Assembly (NCBI RefSeq): GCF_009914755.1
Contig: NC_060925.1
DNA length: 64,000 nucleotides
DNA from: the human T2T-CHM13v2.0 reference genome, Homo sapiens
Strand: one strand, 5' to 3'
Positions 39,650-52,858 of the stretch are shown piece after piece. Under the pieces are notes generated by a model. That model saw nothing but the letters and a program-made list of their open reading frames with translations, did not search any database and had not been told where the DNA came from. A program made the translations under genes and the position numbers. Numbering within the stretch: position 1 is the first letter of the stretch; each line of letters opens with the position of its first letter.

Positions 39650-40640
39650 CCAACGAGCACCCTCCCCAACCCCTGCGCGCGCGCTCCTCCAAACCCCGCA
39701 AAGCCGCAGCTGTCCTTAACCCACAATCCTGCCAATTAAACCGCTCCCTCCGGCTCTGGCTGCGGCTGCTGACGTCGGAAGATCCAGGCGAGGCGAGGCC
39801 GCCGCCTACGCGGGTGGGGTTGGGAGAGGCGACGGCCCCCTCCTCGGGCCCCGCGGCCGTCGGTCAGTCAGCCGGCGGCAACACGAGCCCGCACTAGACC
39901 CAAGCGCCGCCCGTCGGTCCCCACTCCCGACGGGCCTCGCATTCCTGGTCCACCACCTTCTGCCAAGACCCTGCCCACGCTTCCCGCACCAGCCTTAGGT
40001 CCCGAGGTCCCCAACTTTGGCGAAGATCCCGCCTGGGCTCCCCGCATCTTCCCTTGGTCCCAAGGTCCCCAACTTGTCGCCAAGACCCCGCCTGGGCTCC
40101 CAGCACCGCCCCTCGCGCTCGGGGTCTCCCGCCCCACGCCAAGTCAGCAAATGCACCCCAGGTTCTGCCTCTCGCGCTGCCGCTCCGCGACCCCCACTCC
40201 GAGTTCCCCGCGTCCCAGCATCCCAAGTGCGCTCCCAGCACCCTCCGCGCCCCGACCGCGCACGCCCCGCGGACGCCGCGCCGCGACCCCGCTGGGTCCC
40301 CCGCCCTCCCGGCAGCCTCCGCGCGCTCGGTCCTCGGTTTCCCCTCTCCGAGCGTCGCTGGCTCTGTCTCCACGAAGGCGTCGCAGTGGGAACCGGGAGG
40401 GGGCACATTAAGAGCAATTAGCCTGCGCACACTTGGCAGCGATACCTTAATAAATAATAGTCTGAAAGTCATGTAAATAAATATTAGAGCGCATTACGCG
40501 GGCAGGAGGCGCGGCACGGGGCCCGCGAGCTGGTGGCGAGACACCGCCGCCTCTCGGGATTGGCACGTGCAGGCGGGGGCCCGAGATCCCCGCGCCCCGG
40601 CGGCCTGCGACCCGCTGCCAGGGGCCGGGCAGGCAGGGGT
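39650..40640. promoter_or_regulatory. Orphan CpG island (~1 kb)
   Basis: Very high GC and CpG density; CCAAT 39732, TGACGTC 39770, CGGAAG 39776, CACGTG 40564. Confidence 0.85.
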
Positions 40641-41449
40641 GGAGGGAGAGGCCCGGGGAAGGAGCCCCAGGGAGACAGAGAAAGCCACAGAAAGAAATAG
40701 GGAGAGGGGAGGGGGAAGAGAGAGAGAGATGGAGGGTGTGAGGATGCAGCAGGGAAGTGGAAGAGGCAGAATTTGGTCCCCTAAGGCTCTGGGAGATTCC
40801 TCCCTGCTCCTGGCCAGGCTTCTTTTCCTTGGCCGGGCTCTCCTCCTCTGCCTCTCTGACTGCCCCTTCCCAGTCTCCTTTGCTGGTCTCCCTACATCTC
40901 CCCAGTCCCACCGCTGGAGGCGCAGGGCTCAGACCTTGAATCTCGTGGCTCCTAGCCTCATTCATTCACTCGAAGAGCACAGCCCGCCTAGGTGCTTCCC
41001 AGTCATCCGCCTGTCAGGGGCTCCCACCTGCAGACCTCCAGCCAGATCGGTCTCCTCTGACCCACAGGCTGACAGCTCCCTTGGACGTTGGACCTCAACT
41101 GGCCGGACACTGAACGCCTGCCCTCCCCTCTAGAACCTGTTTCACCCATGCTGTGCCCCAGTTCAGGAAACAGCTCTAGCTTTCTACTTGTGGAGGCCAA
41201 AAACCTTCGTGCCATTCTTGAGACCTCTCTCTGACACCTCATATGTAGCCCCTCAGAGAGTCCTGCCATGTCCACCTCGAACATGTTTCCAGATTCCTCC
41301 CACTGCCACCTGCTCCGCGCTGCCGCTTAGCCCAAGCCTCCCCACTCTCTCACTGGGACTGCAGCCACAGCTCCTCCTCCCTGGGCTCCTGCCCCCCTTA
41401 ACCCTCACCATCACTGTGGACAGAGTGGAGGCTATAAAAGTACAAGTCA

Positions 41450-41738
<289 letters not shown>

Positions 41739-41739
<1 letters not shown>

Positions 41740-41808
41740 AAAGAAAGAAAAGAAAGAGAAAGAAAGAGAGAAAGAAAGAAAAAAGAAAGAGAGAAAGAGA
41801 GAGAGAAA

Positions 41809-41864
<56 letters not shown>

Positions 41865-41885
41865 GAAAGAAAGAAAGAAAGAAAG
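41739..41885. repeat. (GAAA)n microsatellite grown from the Alu tail
   Basis: Direct observation. Confidence 0.95.
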
Positions 41886-44800
41886 TGTTCACCTCTCTGC
41901 TCAAAACTTTGCTTCAGAGGAAAAGCCAAAGTTTTTAAACTGCCCCACCAGGCTCTACCATTTGCCCTCCACCCCCGTCCTGGCAGCTCCGACCTCCTCA
42001 CCCACCCCTCTCCCCCTCGCTTCTCTGATCCAGCCACCAGGACACCCTCCCTGCTCCTCAAATGCGCCAGACCTGCTCCCACCTTCGGGTTTTGGCCCCG
42101 GCTGGCCCCTCTTCCTGGAACATTCCCCAGATGTCATCTAGTTTAGCCCATCTCCTTCCAAGTCTTTGTTCAAATGTCCCATTCTCCCTTTGGCCATCCT
42201 ATTAAAACTGAATTTCTCCTCCAGCCCAAGAAAACCTCCTCCTTGACATTCCGCTTTCTATTCCTTCATAGAACTCAACCCTTTCTAATACCCTACATCA
42301 CTTACTGATTTTGTTCATTCTCTCTCTCTCCCAAATAGACAGTAAGCTCCATGAAAGCACGGATTTTTGCAATTTTTTCCCTTCACTGTTGTATCCCCAG
42401 TACTAGAAATAGTGCCAGGAACATAAAAGAGATTCAGTAAATATTTGAAAGAAGAAAGAGGGTGGATAGGAGGCTGGAGGGAAGGAAAGGGGAAAGGAGG
42501 AGAGAAAGAGAGCCCGGAAGGAGGGAATGGTTTGGGCAAAGGCAGGGCAGCCTGGGCAAGCATCATGGGGAAGGGAGTACTTGGAAGGACCCTGCCTGCT
42601 TGGAGCTTGGGGTGGCCCCAGGGCTGGCATTTGTGAGTGACTCCTTCACCAGTTGGTGCCCAGGCTGAAGGGGCACCAGGTTGGGGATCTCAGATGCAGC
42701 AGCCCCACCCCAGCCAACACCCCCACCCCCAAACCCATGGCAGGGAGCACCAGCTCCACCTTAGGCCCCAGCTGGGTGTTGGACGCCAGTGCTGAGGGCG
42801 GCCCTGCATGGGTAGGCCCCTGGTAACAGCCACAGTAATTACTGGTTGTATGCGATTAGGGGATAATTATGCTTAATAAGTCCAAAAGTAATTACCACGC
42901 AGGCTGCTTGCTGCTTTGGAAAACAGGGGCCCCCAGTGAGCGGGAGCCAGATAATTGAGAAGGGGGAGAGTGGGCATTATGGGCATCGGGGTGCTGGGCC
43001 ATTTCTCTGGCAGATGCCCGAGTCCTCCCTGCCTCACCCCCACCAGGGGCTTGCTCACCTCCAGTGATGAGGAGCTCACTGTTGCGCAGGCAGCTCCTTG
43101 CATCATTGGAAGCCTGTGTATACAATTTTGCATACAATTTAGGCTATTGCTATTCCTGACAATAGCATAACCTCTTCACTTTCTTACTAACATCTTAGCA
43201 TGTGAATAAACACAGACCTAAAGTATCATTCATAAAAGAAGCAAAGTGTATCCTTGTAGGTATCACCATGGATTGTCTTATTGACTGACCACAACACCGA
43301 CGTAGTGTTTCTCATTAGTGCCACTGCACAGTGAAGAAACCGAGGCTCTTGGGGCCCAAGGTCACAACAGTGGAGGATAGCAGAGTCAAAACTCACATTG
43401 CAGTCTGCGTGATGCTGAAATCCATGTTCCTAACTCTTTAGCTATACTGTTACTCCTTGGGGGCCCCACAGAACCAATCCAATCCACTTTTCCAGAAACG
43501 AATCCGTGTCTTCTTGAATCTTTCTTTCTTTAGACAGAAGCCAGTGGCTGGACACGTTGCACCCTGCCAAGGAGGCCTTGTGGTGCAATGAAAAGGGTGC
43601 CCTGATCCTGCTGCCAACTAACCTTATGGCCTTGGGCAAAGTCGCTTGACCCCTTTGGGCCTCCATCTTCCTGTCTGTGCAAAGGGGGCAGGGGCACCCC
43701 AGCTTTGCTCCCTCAGGCCAACCCTAAGACCCAAGCAGCCCCAGGCCCATGCTGGCCAAGGGCCCCCATGCTAGAGGCTGGGGGAAACTCAGGGACCTTT
43801 TCCAACCCTGGAATGGTTCCCTTTCTTTCTCACTGTGCTGCTCTTTAGAGTTACGTCGGGAAGAGGCCTGAGAAAGAGCAGCGATCAACACTCTGATCTG
43901 GACATACAACCCTGCCCTTCCATGACCTCAAACATCTGCCTTCAACTTCATTGTTAGAACTCAATTTCTACTCCACCAGAGGAGTGGAAGTTTGCAGGAC
44001 TCCAAGAATATCACAATAAAATGTAAATGCTTTTCTAAAGTTTGCCATCGTCACTTGGGTAGAGATCCATTTGTATGATTGTAATAAGCTACGATGGTTT
44101 ATAGGATGACACTTTATATCAATTTTCTTACTTGATCTCTACCTCAACCCTGTTGAGGCATGTGTAGTGCTGTCTGTATTTTACACATTAGGCAACTGAG
44201 GCCCAGTAACTGGGAAAGAAAAAGAAAAAAGCTTGTCCAGAGTCAGATGGCTAGCAAAAAGCAGAGCCAGGATTTGAACCCAGGTCCAGTTCCAAATCCT
44301 GTGCTCATAACCACGACTGTATACTTCCATCTGGCCTAGAGCTACCTGCTGTAGCATCTGGGACATCAGATAAGAGAATGAGACCGGATGCAATGGTAGA
44401 ATCCACCCTCCTCCCCAGTATTAGAGCCCAGGGGCCTCGTCACGGGCTAATGAAGCTCTCTGGCCCCATCTCGCCGGCATCTTTCTTGGCAGGATGCCCA
44501 ATGCAACTGTTTCTCCACCAAGGAGGGTTTTCCTGAGGATCCCAGGGGAAAAGAGAAGTGCCTGAAAGAACAAATACCACAGCAGAAGCTTCTCATCTCT
44601 GCCTGGAGCAGTGCAACATGGAGACAGAGAACACGCGAACATAATTAAGACCATTCCAGCTCTGTAAACCACAAGACCTGCAGGCCAAAAGAAGGAATGG
44701 AGAGGGAATAGCCTCATTTAGCTCCTGTGGACTCCAGAGGACCACAAATGTGGATTCACTAGGAATATGCATCCTAAAGCCCCCAGAGTAGAAAAAAATT

Positions 44801-45793
44801 GCTACTGCCATAAAAATAATAGAACTGTCAACCGGCCATAAAATCTGCTCCATTAATAGTAAAAATATATCATGGAGTTTTCTTTCCTGCAAGAGTATCA
44901 AAATTACAATTTTTTTCAGAAAATCACAAAATAATATCACTGACAAACAATGATCCATGAGAGAGGTGGACCAGGGTTGGGTTACATAAATGCTCCCCAA
45001 GGTAGTGGGGTCCCAAATCACCCTCCTCAGGAGATTTTCGAACACATGGAAGGCAGGTGCCCACCCCAGGGGATTCTGATCCAACAGGTGAGATGCGAGA
45101 CCTTGAAATCACAGAATTAAGTGGAAATCTCCCGTCCATTCCCACAGAAGATTCTGCAGCAGCCCTTCCAGCCAGTGCCGGGGTTGGAGACCACTGCCCA
45201 GGTGCCCAGCCATGTTTCAGCACCAGGGACAGGGCACACAAGTCCTCTCTCAAAAGGATTCTACTTGGTCACTCTGCGTATGTGGGGAGCTTTTTTAAAA
45301 AAAAATGCCTTAGCTCTTTTACTTTTCTTTTTCTTTTTTTCTTTTTTCTTCTTCTTGTGGGTGGGAAACTGAGGACATCTCGCCTCCTCCCTCTCTCTGA
45401 TTGGGAGAAAAGCATGTGCTCTGGGGTGAGCACTGCAGCCCAGCTCCCGAAAGGCATGAAAAGCCAACCAGGGAGGGAGCAGATGAGGAGGGACTGTCCT
45501 CTAGCAGCAACAACACAAAGACCTCCTGCCTTTATTTGATAATGAGGAAGAGGAGGGAGATGGAAAGGTCTAGGTTTGGAAATCCTGTGTAATAATCTTG
45601 AGTCTCACCCTAACTGGCTGTGTGGCCTTGGGCAAGCCTTTTCTCCTCTTGGGGACTGCCCACACACTTCCTGGGCCCTGTGCCTGGGGAGGATAAAGCT
45701 GGCATTTGACCCTACATCTTCCTGATGACTCAGATAATGCTTTCTCGCTCTACCTCACTCAACATGGTCTTCAAACAGTGAATAATCCCAAAT

Positions 45794-46350
45794 CAGCAGT
45801 TCTCAAACTGTGATCCACTCAAAAAGTGAGAGTGTCCTCAGAGACAGGTGTTTGGTGCATAAAAGAAGAGATTGGGAGTACTATAGTAAAAATAAGTTTG
45901 AGGATTACTAAGGTAAACAGAGTCATACAGGTCTTTTGCTGTAGGACTTCTGGACCCTCTAATGTGCTATTGTGTTATTTTCAAGATGGCAGCCAAGAAG
46001 TATTCAGTGTTTTTCAAACTTCCTTTCATGCAATGCTTCTAGGAATCACTAACACTTATAGAGCACTTATTAAGAGCCAGGAATTGTCCTAAGATCTTTC
46101 CATTTTAAGGCAATTAATCTTTATCACAACTTATGAAGCAGGTATTATTATTATTACCATTTGCAGAGAGGGAAACTGCAGCACAGAACGACTTAAGCCC
46201 TTGCCCAAGGTCACATAACTATCATGCTGCAGAGCAAGGATTTAAACCCAGGCAGATGGGCTTCAGTCTGTGCTTTTAACGGTATCATGGAACCACCTCT
46301 CCCAACTTGAAGGCTTGGAGTTTATTAAGTCACAGTTTGGGAAATGCTAT
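45794..46350. mobile_element. hAT-Charlie-type MITE interrupted by a MIR (~46050-46290)
   Basis: Terminal cagcagttctcaaactgtga / tcacagtttgggaaatgct inverted repeats. Confidence 0.55.
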
Positions 46351-46574
46351 TGTACATGCATGTCAACTTAGCCTTGGAAATTTTTAACAATAGATTTTAA
46401 AACTTTTTCTTTGATTTTGGCTGATGTTTAGATACCCTGAGCAAATAGTGGCAGGCCCAGATGATGGCTGGGAGGCGGCGGGGGGGCCAGTGTGGTTCGT
46501 TTTATTTATTTGTTTGTTTATTTATTTATACTTCAGATTGGCTTTTCTGTATGTGAGGCAAAGAAGCTACATTT

Positions 46575-46672
46575 CTTTTTATTGATATGCAGTAATTTAC
46601 ATATTTCTGGGGTACATGTGATATTTTGATGCATGCATACAATATGCAGTGATCAGATCAGTGTAACTGGAA
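46575..46672 (-). mobile_element. Short L1MA/PB-type 3' end
   Basis: tacatatttctggggtacatgtgatattttgat. Confidence 0.6.
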
Positions 46673-46699
46673 TGCATTTCTAATGCCCTGGTTGGGGAC

Positions 46700-46925
46700 A
46701 AGAGAAAGGAGGGAAGAGGGCATAGCTGTAGGAAGGAGGGAAGAAGAGAAGAGGTAAAAGAGAAGACAAGAGGGACAGAGAAGGAAGAATGAGGGCAAGA
46801 GAGGAAGAAGGAAAGGCCCAGAGGCTGAAGAGCGGTGAGAGACTGGGCTAGGGAGAAGGAAAGTAGAGAAAGAGAGACAAGACAAGAGAACAGGAAAAGG
46901 GCCGAGGAAAGAGGGAAGTGAAGAC
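46700..46925. repeat. GA-rich low-complexity tract
   Basis: Purine-rich stretch. Confidence 0.75.
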
Positions 46926-47610
46926 CGCCCCAGCCTCAGCTTCAGTACTCTCGGGGCTTCTCTCCTGTCCCCTGTTCTCTGCTCTCCCAGCCAAGAGCAG
47001 CTGCAAGGAGAGGAAGTGAGGTGTCCCCTGTCAGGGCAGTGGCTCTGCAGGCTCCTGGGGGGACAGGTTTGGGGGTTGGTCCTGCCTGGGAGCCCAGGAC
47101 TGTGTCTTGAGGGTCCTTCCCATCGCCTACATCCCATTTTGGCCCCGCCTCCTCTCCAGGCACTTTTCTGTGCTCTTTCCCCAGAACAAATCAGCACCTG
47201 TCACCAGCCACCAGGAGCCTCCGCTCTCTTGTTCTCCCTCTGGAACTTCAAAAAGGCTTAACACGGTTTCTCTGCAGCGGTTCCTCCCCTCTTAGGTGGC
47301 TCAGTCTGCTCCGGACTCAGCTGTGCCTCTCATCATCCAGTCTTTAAAAAAAAAAAAAAAAAAGTGAAACATGGATTCTGCTTCTCTTTGCACAGGGAAC
47401 ATCAGCACCAAATTGGAGCATTGTTGGTGACAGTCCATGCTCTGGGCCCAGCCTTGGGTCTTCCTTGAGGGCATCAGGGTGATGTCATCGCACTGGCATG
47501 AGCTTAGTGGACTCCAGCCCCATTCCGGTCAGCACCCCCATCCCAGCCTCAGAACCCTCATAGCCCAAGCCCTCACTCCTAGCACCTCTAGCAGGAAATT
47601 TGGAACCAGT

Positions 47611-47624
47611 GTTGCCATGGCAAC
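47611..47624. promoter_or_regulatory. Perfect palindromic RFX X-box GTTGCCATGGCAAC
   Basis: Exact 14/14 consensus palindrome. Confidence 0.7.
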
Positions 47625-50600
47625 CATGATACCAGCAATTGTTCTTCATTATGCTTGGGGATAGAATTATATGACCTGGAATCAAAACAAAATGCAAGGC
47701 ATCTAACACAGTGGAGGGAGCCATGAAGCCAGGGAGCCTCCATCTGCTCTTAGCAAAGTTACTCTCAGGCAGATTGAACAAGTTACCTGTCCTTACTGGG
47801 ACTCAGTCACTGCACCTGTCAAATGGTACAGCTGTGTGCATATGAGGAGGGTTGAATAAGATTATCCCCAAGCTCTCTGAATCTGCGGATGCCTTCAGGA
47901 ACCCAGTAGCAAGGTGAATGTATGAAGGGCCCCTCAACACACACCCACAGTGCTTATAAGAGGGTAAAGAAACAGTCAGAAGGTCAAAAAGGTATCATTA
48001 AAAGTTCTGATGTCGGTGTAACTTAGGCCAGTTAGTCCAAAGGAAGGCAGCCTCCCTCAATGAGCTGGTCTGTCTTAGAAAAAAAGTACCCTTCTTGGGG
48101 GTGACTGCCAGGATTCCTTGGTCCTCTTCCACTCGACCCACTCCCCAAAGCAGCCCTCCCTTTGACCCAACCATTCCCCTTCCAGAAATCTCCTGAATGC
48201 TCAGGCCTGAAACAGAAAAAGCTTGAACACAAAGAAACACATAGCAGTCTTGCTTATAACAGTGAAACTTTGGAGTCCATCCAAATGTCCAGGTATAGGG
48301 GAATGGCTAAGGAAATTAGGGCACGTATCCCCAACCAGAATACTATGACAGCCAGTAAAAATTATACTTGCCAAAAGTTGTATTCTCCAAGGACAATGCT
48401 TCTGCTTTAATGTTAAGTAGGAATAACAAGAAGCCACATGGTGCCTGCTGTGGTTTTTTTAAGGGCATAGGGGAAAAAATGCTGGGTTTGGGGTAAATTC
48501 TGTTTTCTTCTTTGAACTCTACTTCCCTACATTTCTACAGCTAGCATGTATTATTATATTCTAGAAAAATTAGTAAGCCATTTCTAAAGGGTAGGCCTTG
48601 CCAGGAAGGCAACAGGGCTTGGCTGTTCTTGGTTCAGATCAGGACTCTGACATTCTACAGCCATGGGCTTGAGGACTTCTGACCTCTCCAAGCTGTGGTT
48701 TCCTCACATGGAGATGACAATGACACCTATGCCAGAAGGCTGCTGTGAGGATGGAATGAAACAAGGCCCCTGGAGCCCCGAGTACATGGTAGAGACCTGG
48801 CACATAGTAGGCGCCCAGAAAAAGTGGCTATTGTCTGGGTTCTTAGTGGCTGTCATCTCAGACTGGAGCTGGCTCGGCTCTGGCAGCCTTTCTGAATCTT
48901 GGCCTCTGCCTCCCAGCCTGCAGAGTGTTGCCTCTCCTGTGCTCTCTCAGCCCTGTCTCCAGTCCCATCTGGAAAGCCTGCCCGCTCCCCTACCAGCCCA
49001 AGCCCATCCCCAGATACCAGCCTTCCTGGATCGTGCTCAAGGAATTGCCCACGAGGTTGTTCCAGAATGCCAAGTGGAACTGGGGCTCCCCTAGCTCCGG
49101 CACAGGCTGAACCACCTCCCAGCCCCTTCCAGCATCCTTAGGGTCTGCCCCACCACATTCAAGCCAAGGGTTCTCTGATCCCAATTGCTCAAAAAGAAAT
49201 TCTCTAGCTCCAGGGGCTGTGCCCTTTTCGAAGCCTGTGCTACATTTTCTGGACCCTCTGGGGAAGACACCGCTGTGACCTTAGGAGAGAGGCAGCCAGG
49301 GCTGAGTCAGCCTCTGCAGCAGAGCCTGGGGGACAGGAGCGTCTTTCGATGAATCAGCCCCACCATGCCTGGTGACAGACATGCTTTACCTCTGATCATT
49401 CCACCATTTTGGCACCTAACAAGCAGGGAGAGGCGGAGCAGAGCAGGCAAGAGAACAAAGAATATTTTGCGGGAGCCGGAGGCAACTGAGGACCTCTGCG
49501 GAGTGACAGGCAGACAGAAGCAGGCAGGACGGGGGGTAAGTAAGTTTCATAGCTGGGACTTGAGACATCAGCATGGCGGGAGGGACCCTAGGAGGACCCA
49601 CTTCCTTCTCTGCCTTTTCTCTCTCATTTCTTTTCATCTTCTGTTTTCTCTCCCTCCCTTGCTTTCTTCTCTTTTTCCTTTATTTTGTTTTTTTCCTTCC
49701 TCCATGCTTTCTTCTTTCCTTTCTCTACTCATTAATTCATTTCTATTTTCTAGTGCTTCTTTTATCTATGTATTCAACTGATATTACTCCTGCTGAGTCC
49801 TGTGCTGGAGTCATTGGGACAAAAATGACACAACCCTGGTCCACACACACTGACCGTTACAGACCTCACCACTCTAACAGTATGGAGGCTCAGAGAACCC
49901 AGGATAGACCAATGCCCTGAGGGTGTCTGGGAAGGCTTCCTGGAGGCGGTGCCTGCCATGTAGAAGGAAGAGACCTTGGCCCAGCAAGCAAGGCAGGGTG
50001 AGCGTCCAGGCAGAGAACAGTGTGTGCAAAGCATGGCAGAGGAACTGGGCAGGAGTGGCCAGAGGTGAAAATGTAGCCAGATGGCAAGGGGCTGATATGC
50101 CGCTTGTTGACTTAACTCTGGACCAAGCACTTTGACAAGCATCTCCCTTTTACAGATAGGGAAACTGAGGCTTGGAGAGTAATGTAACTTGCCTAACATC
50201 ACCCAGCCAGTAAGTTGCATAGCTGGGACTTGAATCTAGACGAAGGTGGCTCTAATAGCCATGATCTTGCCCCTTGACCACGATAAACCTCAGCTCAGGG
50301 GTTTGAAGAGGTGTAGACCACTGCCGACAGACAGGTGACCAGTGAGGCAGACTTCTGCAGTCTTCGGACACATGAGGCACTTCTCTGCTACCCACAGAGG
50401 CAAGGGGCACCTGTCCTGTGGGTAATGCCACTGGGGAAATCTGTGGCATTGTGCTTGGCCTGTCTGGGAAATGAGCCTGAATGATTTGAAGGACAGCACT
50501 CTCTCCCGAAATCCCTGTGTATTGTTCTGACTGGGCACCTCTAGGAGCCAACTGCTGGAGGTGGTGCGTGAACCACACAGCAGCCACTTGCTCCCAGCCC

Positions 50601-50994
50601 TGCCCTGGGTCTCTGAGAATCACAGAGTTGCAGGCAGCGTGCCCCAGGAAGGAGCCTAGAGGCATTACCACCACAGGCCTGAGGGTGGCAGTGCTGAGTG
50701 ACTTCGCCCGCAGCCATCACCTCCTCATCTCTAAAGCACAAAGATTACCCTCAGCTCCTCGTGGCTGGTGTCTCCTCTTTGCTCGACAAAAGGTGGGGGC
50801 ACCCTGGGGGAGAGGGCTTTGGAGGCAGAGCCTTGAGTCCAGGTCCCAGCTGTGTGACCTCACCTCTGGGAACCTCAGTTTCCTTGTGTGTAGGACCCTG
50901 ATGATAACATCTCCCTCAATACCTAATGAAAGCAAATATTTATGACATCTACTTGAAATAACACAAATTAAGCACCAACTTACCAAGTTGCACT

Positions 50995-51450
50995 TATTCA
51001 TTTATTCAGCAAGCAGGTATCAAGTATCTATATGTGCCAGGCACTCACATGGGGGTAGCGGTGGGACACCCCAGATACCAGAAGCAACAAGGTTCCTGAT
51101 TTAATGGAGCACCTATGCCGGAAGGGGAATGGAGTGACAAAGAATAAAACTGAGTACTGTAAAGGCAAGTGGCTGGGAAGCTACTTGAGGCAGGGTGATG
51201 ATGGAGGGCTTCTCTGAAGAGGTGATAGCAAGGAGCCAGTCAGGCAAAGACCACGGGAGGACATTCTGCAGAGGGAACAGCACGTACAAAGGCCCTGAGG
51301 CAGGAACAGGCTTGGCGTACATGAGCCTGGTGAGGTTGAAAGATGGCAGGATGGTGTGGGGAGAGTGGCAGGGGCTGAGGTTGGAATGGTGAGTCCGGCC
51401 AGCTCAGGACGGGTTCCCGGAAGGCCCAAGAAAGGAGTGTGACACATAGC
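50995..51450 (-). mobile_element. L2 fragment
   Basis: ttcatttattcagcaag...tatgtgccaggcact...ggcttctctgaagaggtga. Confidence 0.65.
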
Positions 51451-51754
51451 AGGAGGTTAATGTTAGTAGCTGTGGGTATGATCTCCTGGTCCCATGCCCT
51501 CATTTTCTAGCTAGGGAAACTGAGTCTGGCCTATCAGACTTATCTTTTTCCTACAGGTGGGCTCCTTTCTGGCCTGTGCAACTGCCAGTCCCTCTGCTAA
51601 TGGCCCAGATGCCGAGGGCCCCTGCGCCATCACAGCTCAGGTCTTCAGTTCTGAATGAGATAAGTGGAGCCCCAGCCTCCACTAGGCCTGGCACAACTGC
51701 CTTTCCCAGCCACCTCCAGCCCTGCCAGTTTCACCGGCTTCAAAACTGTAAGAT

Positions 51755-52121
<367 letters not shown>

Positions 52122-52492
52122 TCATGTGTGACCCCTCAGGCCCTCTCCAAGAATAGCTGGGACAACTAGGCCCTTTCTGTCAAATGCCTACAATGCTGTT
52201 ATTCAGGGCTGTCCCCCAAGAACCACCGCATCCCCACGTTCAGCAGTCTCTCCTCTCTCTGTCTCTCGCTATCTGTTCTCTCCCTCTTTCTCTTCTCACT
52301 CCTCGTCTCCATTCTCAATCTCTCCTCCATCTCTTCTATTTTACCTTCTTCCTTGTCTCCACCCCACTCCTCTTCCCTCTCTCTTCTCTAGATTGACTAA
52401 TTCGTTTGTTGGATGGTTGACTGAATGATTGATTTCTCTCTCTCTCGGTTCCCAACAGATTTCTAGAATGCCTAAAACTCAGGGTCCACTAT

Positions 52493-52858
52493 TGTATTAG
52501 TCTGTTTTCACGCTGCAGATAAAGACTACCCAAGACTGGGTAATTTATAAAGAAAAAGAGGTTTAATGGACTCACAGTTCCACGTGGCTTGAGAGGCCTC
52601 ACAATCACCGTGGAAGGCAAAAGGCACATCTTACATGGTGGCAGGCAGGAGAGAAATGAGAGACAAGCAAAAGGGGCTTCCTCTTATAAGACCATCAGAT
52701 CTCTTGAGACTTATTCACTACCATAAGAATGGTATAGGGGAAACTGCCCCCAGAATTCAATTATCTCCCACCAGGTCCCTCCCACAACATGTGAGAATTA
52801 TGGGAGCTACAATTCAAGATGAGATTTGAGTGGGAACATAGCCATAGCGACCATATCA
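52493..52858 (-). mobile_element. THE1 (B/C-like) MaLR solo LTR
   Basis: tgtattagtctgttttcacgctg...ccatatca; TSD actat/acgat. Confidence 0.9.

Noticed and set aside
39868-41133. Several 130-190-aa ORFs over the CpG island
   Set aside because: Pro/Ala/Arg/Gly-rich on both strands, as expected from stop-codon scarcity in GC-rich DNA; no recognisable domain
52752-52763. DUX4-type site in the THE1 LTR
   Set aside because: Reads GAATTCAATTA rather than TGATTCAATTA; one half-site is broken
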